Source: Cyanidioschyzon merolae
Lineage: Eukaryota
Direction: 5' to 3' (one strand)
Length of the DNA stretch: 64,000 nucleotides
Assembly (NCBI GenBank): GCA_000091205.1
Contig: AP006497.2
The notes below the pieces were generated by a model. It did not search any database, was not told where the DNA came from, and worked only from the letters and a program-made list of their open reading frames with translations. The translations under genes were made by a program, and so were the position numbers. The number at the start of each line of letters is the position of its first letter. Position 1 is the first letter of the stretch. Shown here piece by piece: positions 58,107 to 64,000 of the stretch.

Positions 58107-61100
58107 GAAAACGGCGCGTTACCTGGCGTTCGGGCTAAGAGGTTCACGCGATCTGTCCACGGATGAATCAGGTTCAGAGCCTCAGCTTTGCTACACCGCT
58201 GAGAACCTGCCAATGGATCTCACCCTTTCTGCAAGAAAGCGCCTCGCAGAGCGGCGTCTAACCTCTTCCAAACAACACCCCGGGCTAACTGCGACGCTGC
58301 CCAGAGCACGAGTGCACAGCAGCGCGGCTTCGACGTCTGCGTTGTGCCGCTGCCGCCGAACTGGCAGCCGCGCCGACGTCCATCCACAGGCGCGATCGCG
58401 TAGGCGGACACGAGCGCCGTGCAGCATGCGTCTATCGGCTGTCAACTCAAGTGTGTTTCATCCGCGGGTGCGTTGCAACGAATGCTTTTTCGCAGGGTAT
58501 AACAGGGGATGGAATTCACGATACAATGTACCGTATCGATCGTAGATCAGTTGGATGTCGGATATGGATTCTTTACTGAACAGGGCAAAGAGGACTGCAT
58601 TCCGCCTTCGGGTCTCTCATAGGGTCGTACTCAAATGGCTGAGGAATATTGAAAGAAACGTGCAGATGTACTCCGTACCAAAAACTGGTATTCTCTAATA
58701 CTGCTTGCGGTCTATGGTAGAAAACGACCAGTTGATCGCCTTTTGCGGAAGGTAAAAGCGATAATAATAGACACCAGCGGCGTCTCTGTTTCTCAACAGG
58801 TGGTTCATGTGGACGTGAAATCTCTGGGATCCAATCGCAGAAAAAGTACGAGTTCACGCACAGCCATCTTCCACGGAAATCGCAACTACGGAATTCCTGG
58901 AACGTCAAGATCGGTATGAAGTAGACGAACGTCAATTTGTTTCTGCAGAAGATGTGAGTTCCTTCTGAGGAAACGATCGGAACGTCTATCGGTACGCGCG
59001 GAGCAGGGCACCAGTTTTGTGTACGATTGAATTCGAAGAGAACGGCGACATCATCTGCTCTAGGCGCAGTGGATTCATTTGGCAGCCTCAGCGTCGCTCC
59101 TCGAGAAGGCGCTTACCAAAGCACCCACTTGGTTGAACCATTGAAGATCTTCCCGAATGTCTGGCGAAGGCCTTCCATTGGACAACATACCCTTTCACCA
59201 TTCCACATGCGTTCGAGCTTTTCTTCGATTCTATCGGGGCAGAGCTGCTTTTCATTCCTCCATACCCTCAGAGATTCATCCCCATGAAACAAGTGTTTGC
59301 CATCGTGAAGCGTAATGATCCCTCCACTGCACGAATCCATGAATCGTTCTGCTCACGGTGACTCACAGGGACATATTTCGCCGTCCTTCCGCAAATCTAT
59401 CTCGCTCCTGCAAGGTCCTCAGCTAGGGACATAAAGAAGTGCTTTCATTTTGAAGAAAAAATGTTCAAGGCATGAGCTGAGTTGTAACCTTCAGCAGGTC
59501 GAGCTCGAAACAAGGCAGCCGAGCGCTTCTGCGATAGAAAAGTACGGAAAGCTGATAGACCACCAAATGGTAATGAGGGCACGGCCTCGAGGACTCCTTG
59601 CGCTGGTAAGTTCCACTAGCGGTAGAGCATGCAAGGAGGTCGCGAACCGAGACTGCAACGTCGCCACCAAGATCAGATGATATGCGGTGCCAAAGACGAG
59701 ACTCCCGGAGCTGACGCGATCCAACTTTCTGGGGCAGCCTCTCAGGCTCGAAGGGTGTTCGGATAAAAAATGAAACCTTTAGCAGGAAGCCGGTCAAAAA
59801 ATGCTGAAAGGCCTCTGCCGATGGATATCCATTTCCCCTACAGGGCCGTCGGACATTTTGTTTCACTGACGACGTTTGTATACGCGCAGGTTTTCAGACA
59901 TTCGAGGTATACTTGTTTGTGTACGTGTTCATGTATGTGTTTGGTTGTACGCGTGCTTATGTGCAGCGCATCCGAGACCTCCAGAAGAAACGTGATGATC
60001 TGGATGCGAATACTAGGGACGCGTGACGGCGTTGTCTGTAACGTGCTCCAGTTGTCCGGAAAGCAGTAGAGTGTTCGGGGCAGTAGTTTTCCAGTGCTCG
60101 AGTTAGTATTCGTGTCTGGTTGGCGACATCGCAATCTGGTTGTATCCATGATGGCAGCGCCGCTTCGAACTGGCACGGCCTGCAGCTACCCGAGCGTACG
60201 TGCATATCTCATGGTGCTGGTAATTTTGATTTCGCAGAAGTTTTCGGCGACAAGCGTATAAATGCGTGTAATCTACACGGAGACGTCAGACGTTCGCGGC
60301 TGGTGCGGCGAATGATGGCGCTAGTGTGCGACGCTGCTTTCAAACGATGCCCAGTAACGTTGGATGCACCCGTCTGTAAACATGACCAGGGAATCGATCG
60401 TGTCTTGCAATCGAGACACTACACAGTGCGGAAGGTCGACGGCGCCGCAGAGCGCACCTCACGTGTACGCCTCCAAGCGAGACTGCACTGGATGTATTGA
60501 TGAACGGAACAGGGGTGCGATTCCCTGGTCTAGTGCCCAGCACCGTTCCCTATGACCGCAATCTGCACATGTTCAGATTGGTGATACGGAAGAGTTGCTG
60601 CGCACGCTGCGGAAAAAGGAGACCGTTGCGGTATTGCAGCATATCAGCGACGGACATAGTGCAGCACGCGTTTTTCTCGCTGTACAGCTGGTGCCAGGCA
60701 CGCGCTTTGGTAGCAGAGATGCATATGCTTGGCTTCGTGTCTGGACCGTATTCGGCAAATACTGAATGATGATGTAGAATGGCAGATTGTGATCTTGCGC
60801 CCTTCAGAGGAAACGAGCCGCAAACTCGAGTTTTTTTCCAGCAGCGAAGTTTATAGTGCTGGCTCGTTGAATGCAAGTCCACGTGCACTCGTGTCACGCT
60901 CGCTCCAGCGCATGGCTTCATGGCGGAAATCACATGACGTCTCACAGATATGCAGCGTACGATACGTTTCGATGAGCGCTCGGATGCGCTGCAGCGACGA
61001 ATGGCGTCGAGTCTCTGCTCTAGTAGAGCTGTCGCTCAGGGCGTTCAGCACACGCAACCTAGAACAGAGGCGGCTACTTGGTCTGGAGCGGTGCCTTTGA

Positions 61101-61176
61101 GCTGCCCAAGAGTGGCTCACACGAAGCCGCGGGCGGCATTTCATTCGACTGCAACGCCGCTAATGGTGCATAGTGC

Positions 61177-63126
61177 GTGGCGTCGGGCGCCCAGCATAGA
61201 GGTGGAACGCAGCGGCACCAGTTGTCGACGAAAGCGGCACCTGCCGAGCTCACCCTGCCGCTGCCGCACGCAGGTTGGTGTCTGCAGAACCTCCGGGTAA
61301 AAAACTCGAGCTCGACACCCATGTCGATGCAGGCGGATTCTACTTCAGAACGTTTTGCGCGACAGTTGCCCATCTGGGGCGACTACGCCCAGCGCCTGCT
61401 ACAGCGAGCGCGTGTTGTTGTCATCGGTGGAACAAGCTCCGCAGCGGAGGCGATCAAGTGCTTGGTACTAGGCGGGGTCGGCTCGATTCTTCTGGCAGAT
61501 AGTGCTCGGATCACGCCCGCAGACACGGAGGGCAACTTTTTCTTACCACCTTGGACGGTGGGCGAGTGGCGTGCGACTGCTCTGTTGCGATCTTTGGTGA
61601 AGCTGAGCCCGACGACGCGGTTCACGGCACGACTGGGCACTGCTCAAACTCTAGTGAACGAGTGGACGACACTCCAGCCTCTTTCCATGGTTATTCTGAC
61701 GGAGGGTACCACCGCAGAGAAGCAACAGCTTGCAAAATTTTGTTGGTATTCAGCGATACCTCTATTCATTGTCAGCGTTCACGGTTTCGGTGGCTCCTTG
61801 ATACCCCAGTTCCCAGAGCGTGTCTTTTTCCGGTCGACAGGATTGCGCCCGGCGGTGCACACAATAGAATATTTGCAAGCCATTCGTGTGATGAATCCTT
61901 TCAATGCCCTAGCGGAGTGGTGTACGAAACGTTTCTGGCCTCTGCAGCAATGGAGTCCATCGCAGCTCGCAGCTATCCCCTGGCCGGTGCTCGTGGTTTT
62001 AGCGCTGCAACAGGCCAATCGTAGTATGCGGCCGGAAAACCGCGATCCCAGGCAATCCACAAACACCGACCGTGCAACTACAAGTGATGGATGTCGGTGC
62101 ACGGAAGCAGAGGAGCGCGAACACCGTCACGAGCCGACCGAAGCCGGTGGGGCGCTAACCCAGGCCGCACTGCCGCGTGAACGTCAGAGTCGGGGCGCGG
62201 GCGCGCTCCTGGTACCCGGCTGTTTTTCCGCAGTATCTGGAGGTTCCGCGTCCGAAGCCGTATCTAGTCGAATCGAACGGGCATTGATATTGCTGCGAAA
62301 ATGGGAACCAAGCGAGCTGACGTCAGCGAACTGGAATATGGCGGTCGCGGCTCTGCAGAAATTGCGTACTGCGAGCACAGATCCGGATCCGAGGATCATT
62401 CGAGAATCCTGCTCCTTGCGTAATCGTCAGCTTACGCGAATACTGGAGGCGACCAGAGCCTTTGCCACCCAGCACGGTTGGCCGGTATTTAGCGATCTTG
62501 GCGAACTCCACGGCGATCCAGAGAGCGTCCACGAATTACGACGCCTCTATTGGGAGCAGGCGGAACACGACATCGAGACTATCTGGCGGCTCGTGCGGGC
62601 AGACCCGATGGAGGCCGAAGCGCCGGACTCTATTTCGAAGGAGCTTGTTCGAGAGGTTTGCTCGAACTTGTTTTTCATGAAGACATGGCGCACGCAACCG
62701 TTTTACTGCCTATATGAAGACGCGGCGGTGGAGAAACCGCAGCTGGCTCCACCAACGACAGCAGCACAACGCAGAGCAGCATCGTTGTTTCTCGCCCTGA
62801 TTGCTCATGAGTGCTGCCAAGAGCTGGACCGGACCCAGCAGCTTGTGCGACGTCACGGTGCGGATGCTGTGCTGCTCGAGGAAGCCCAGCGAATTGCCAG
62901 GCTCTGGAGCTGGCCGCCCGACCTGATTGATTCCGTGCGTCTGCGTCATCTCGCGGAGCTGTTTGCCGAGGAGGAGCATCCCTCCGTGCCCATAATGCTC
63001 GGCTCATTTGCGGCACAGGAGGCCATCAAACTCGTCATTCAATTATTCGAACCCTTGACGACGATACTGGTGTATGACGGTCTCGCCGACAAAGCCGATC
63101 TCCTGCACCCCGCGGTTGCATCATAG
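61177..63126 (+). CDS. NAE1: NEDD8-activating enzyme E1 regulatory subunit (ULA1/APPBP1/AXR1-like, ThiF fold). The likely true start is the Met at ~61321.
   Basis: 'RFARQLPIWGDYAQRLLQRARVVVIGGTSSAAEAIKCLVLGGVGSILLADSARITPADTEGNFFLPP' parallels human NAE1 '[67 protein letters not shown]'. A low-complexity basic/acidic insert (residues ~290-350) is absent from animal homologues. Confidence 0.8.
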   Translation: MASGAQHRGGTQRHQLSTKAAPAELTLPLPHAGWCLQNLRVKNSSSTPMSMQADSTSERFARQLPIWGDYAQRLLQRARVVVIGGTSSAAEAIKCLVLGGVGSILLADSARITPADTEGNFFLPPWTVGEWRATALLRSLVKLSPTTRFTARLGTAQTLVNEWTTLQPLSMVILTEGTTAEKQQLAKFCWYSAIPLFIVSVHGFGGSLIPQFPERVFFRSTGLRPAVHTIEYLQAIRVMNPFNALAEWCTKRFWPLQQWSPSQLAAIPWPVLVVLALQQANRSMRPENRDPRQSTNTDRATTSDGCRCTEAEEREHRHEPTEAGGALTQAALPRERQSRGAGALLVPGCFSAVSGGSASEAVSSRIERALILLRKWEPSELTSANWNMAVAALQKLRTASTDPDPRIIRESCSLRNRQLTRILEATRAFATQHGWPVFSDLGELHGDPESVHELRRLYWEQAEHDIETIWRLVRADPMEAEAPDSISKELVREVCSNLFFMKTWRTQPFYCLYEDAAVEKPQLAPPTTAAQRRAASLFLALIAHECCQELDRTQQLVRRHGADAVLLEEAQRIARLWSWPPDLIDSVRLRHLAELFAEEEHPSVPIMLGSFAAQEAIKLVIQLFEPLTTILVYDGLADKADLLHPAVAS

Positions 63127-63579
63127 CGCTAACAGGGAATTTTTGTTTCCTGGTGTCACATCGATGCTGCGAACCAGTACCCTGCCAGGTGGACGACTGC
63201 GGCCGACAAAACGGGAAAACGACCAACAGCGCACTCGCTCGTGTGACATCATCGCTGCACCGTCCTCGAGCGGACGCCCTTCGACACGCCACCGTACCGT
63301 CCTGTCCCTGCAAAGCGACCGCAGCAGCGCATCTCGCGTCACAGCAGGCACGCACGCGACGCCCTACCCAGCACGCAACAATCGTCGGATTCCTGTAACC
63401 AAAGGATCTCACCAGGTCTGACCTCGCGTCGGTTCAACCTAGCGACATGTTTGTGGGGTTGTAAAAGTGACCACACGTCTGTTGGTGGCAGCTGCTCTGC
63501 TTGTTGCCATCCATCAAAACACATCTGGCGGAGGATCCCAATGCGATGCACGCATCGATCCCAGGCGAAATTGCCGCTG

Positions 63580-63603
63580 CGCACGCACGCACGCACGCAC
63601 GCA
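63580..63603 (+). repeat. (CACG)5-6 tetranucleotide microsatellite
   Basis: Direct reading: 'gcgcacgcacgcacgcacgcacgcag'. Confidence 0.9.
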
Positions 63604-64000
63604 GCAGCTCCTGACGTGTCCCGCGATGCGGTGCCTTGCTGGCCGGCCGCCAGCATCGATCACGAACGGCACACAGGTGCGCGCCTGCCTACCGCTCGGC
63701 GATCGCTACGCCACGAGAGAGCGTCCGGGTGCATGCACTGACCGCCTGCATGGATGGTGTCGCTTGACGCACGCTGTCCAAAACGCATAGGCTTAACGCT
63801 TGACGTATTCTGGCCCAAGCATCCCAAAGCATGCGTTCTCAAGACGCAGTGTAGGCAGATTCGAACATCCTGGGTGTTGTCATCGGTATTGGGCATGGTT
63901 CTGTTCGCGTATATGGCGGAAGAGCGCGTTCCTCGAAGTGAATAACTCGCTGCACGTCTGGCACTTGTACGCGGCAGGAGCACCAGCGGCAGCAGCGCCT

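Noticed and set aside
1-64000. Prokaryotic-style operons, defence islands, toxin-antitoxin pairs or phage genes
   Set aside because: The gene content is unmistakably eukaryotic and nuclear (TRRAP, importin-beta, Nup85, a NEDD8 E1 subunit, an SLC35 transporter). Neighbouring genes alternate strands with their own promoters, and there are no Shine-Dalgarno-spaced co-directional clusters.

Overview
This window reads as nuclear DNA from a GC-rich, compact, intron-poor eukaryote, not as a prokaryotic locus. Coding GC is about 55-60%, with AT-richer gaps, and genes alternate strands with intergenic spacers of 0.2-4 kb. Several very long uninterrupted ORFs carry clear eukaryotic housekeeping homology. 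The clearest is a 4279-aa TRRAP/Tra1 pseudokinase read as a single 12.8-kb exon. Others are lysyl-tRNA synthetase, a bifunctional trehalose-6-phosphate synthase/phosphatase-like protein, importin-beta, a NEDD8-E1 regulatory subunit (ULA1/NAE1-like), a Nup85-like nucleoporin and a TKL-type protein kinase. There is also an SLC35/TPT-family transporter, an FKBP-type PPIase, a WD40-like protein, a large alpha-solenoid orphan and a small polyQ/DnaJ-type zinc-finger protein. The style would fit an oomycete-like stramenopile or a similarly intron-poor protist or alga, but I cannot assign the taxon from sequence alone. I found no rRNA, tRNA, CRISPR array, operon or recognisable prokaryotic defence system. 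Most antisense and alternate-frame ORFs in the track overlap these genes and are GC-driven artefacts. The non-genic content is a roughly 450-bp direct repeat pair bracketing 5.2 kb at the left end, a 127-bp tandem duplication, several micro/minisatellites and two AT-richer gene-poor islands. Some of the satellites are translated as poly-Thr, poly-Gln or His-Asp repeats. I did not find a clearly novel system. The more interesting items are a phosphatase-dead TPP domain with a long N-terminal extension, a membrane-anchored DnaJ-type zinc-finger/polyQ protein and an isolated TnpB/Fanzor-like 'DFNAAINI' motif that is probably chance or a relic. All calls rest on motif-level reading without database searches, so they are provisional.
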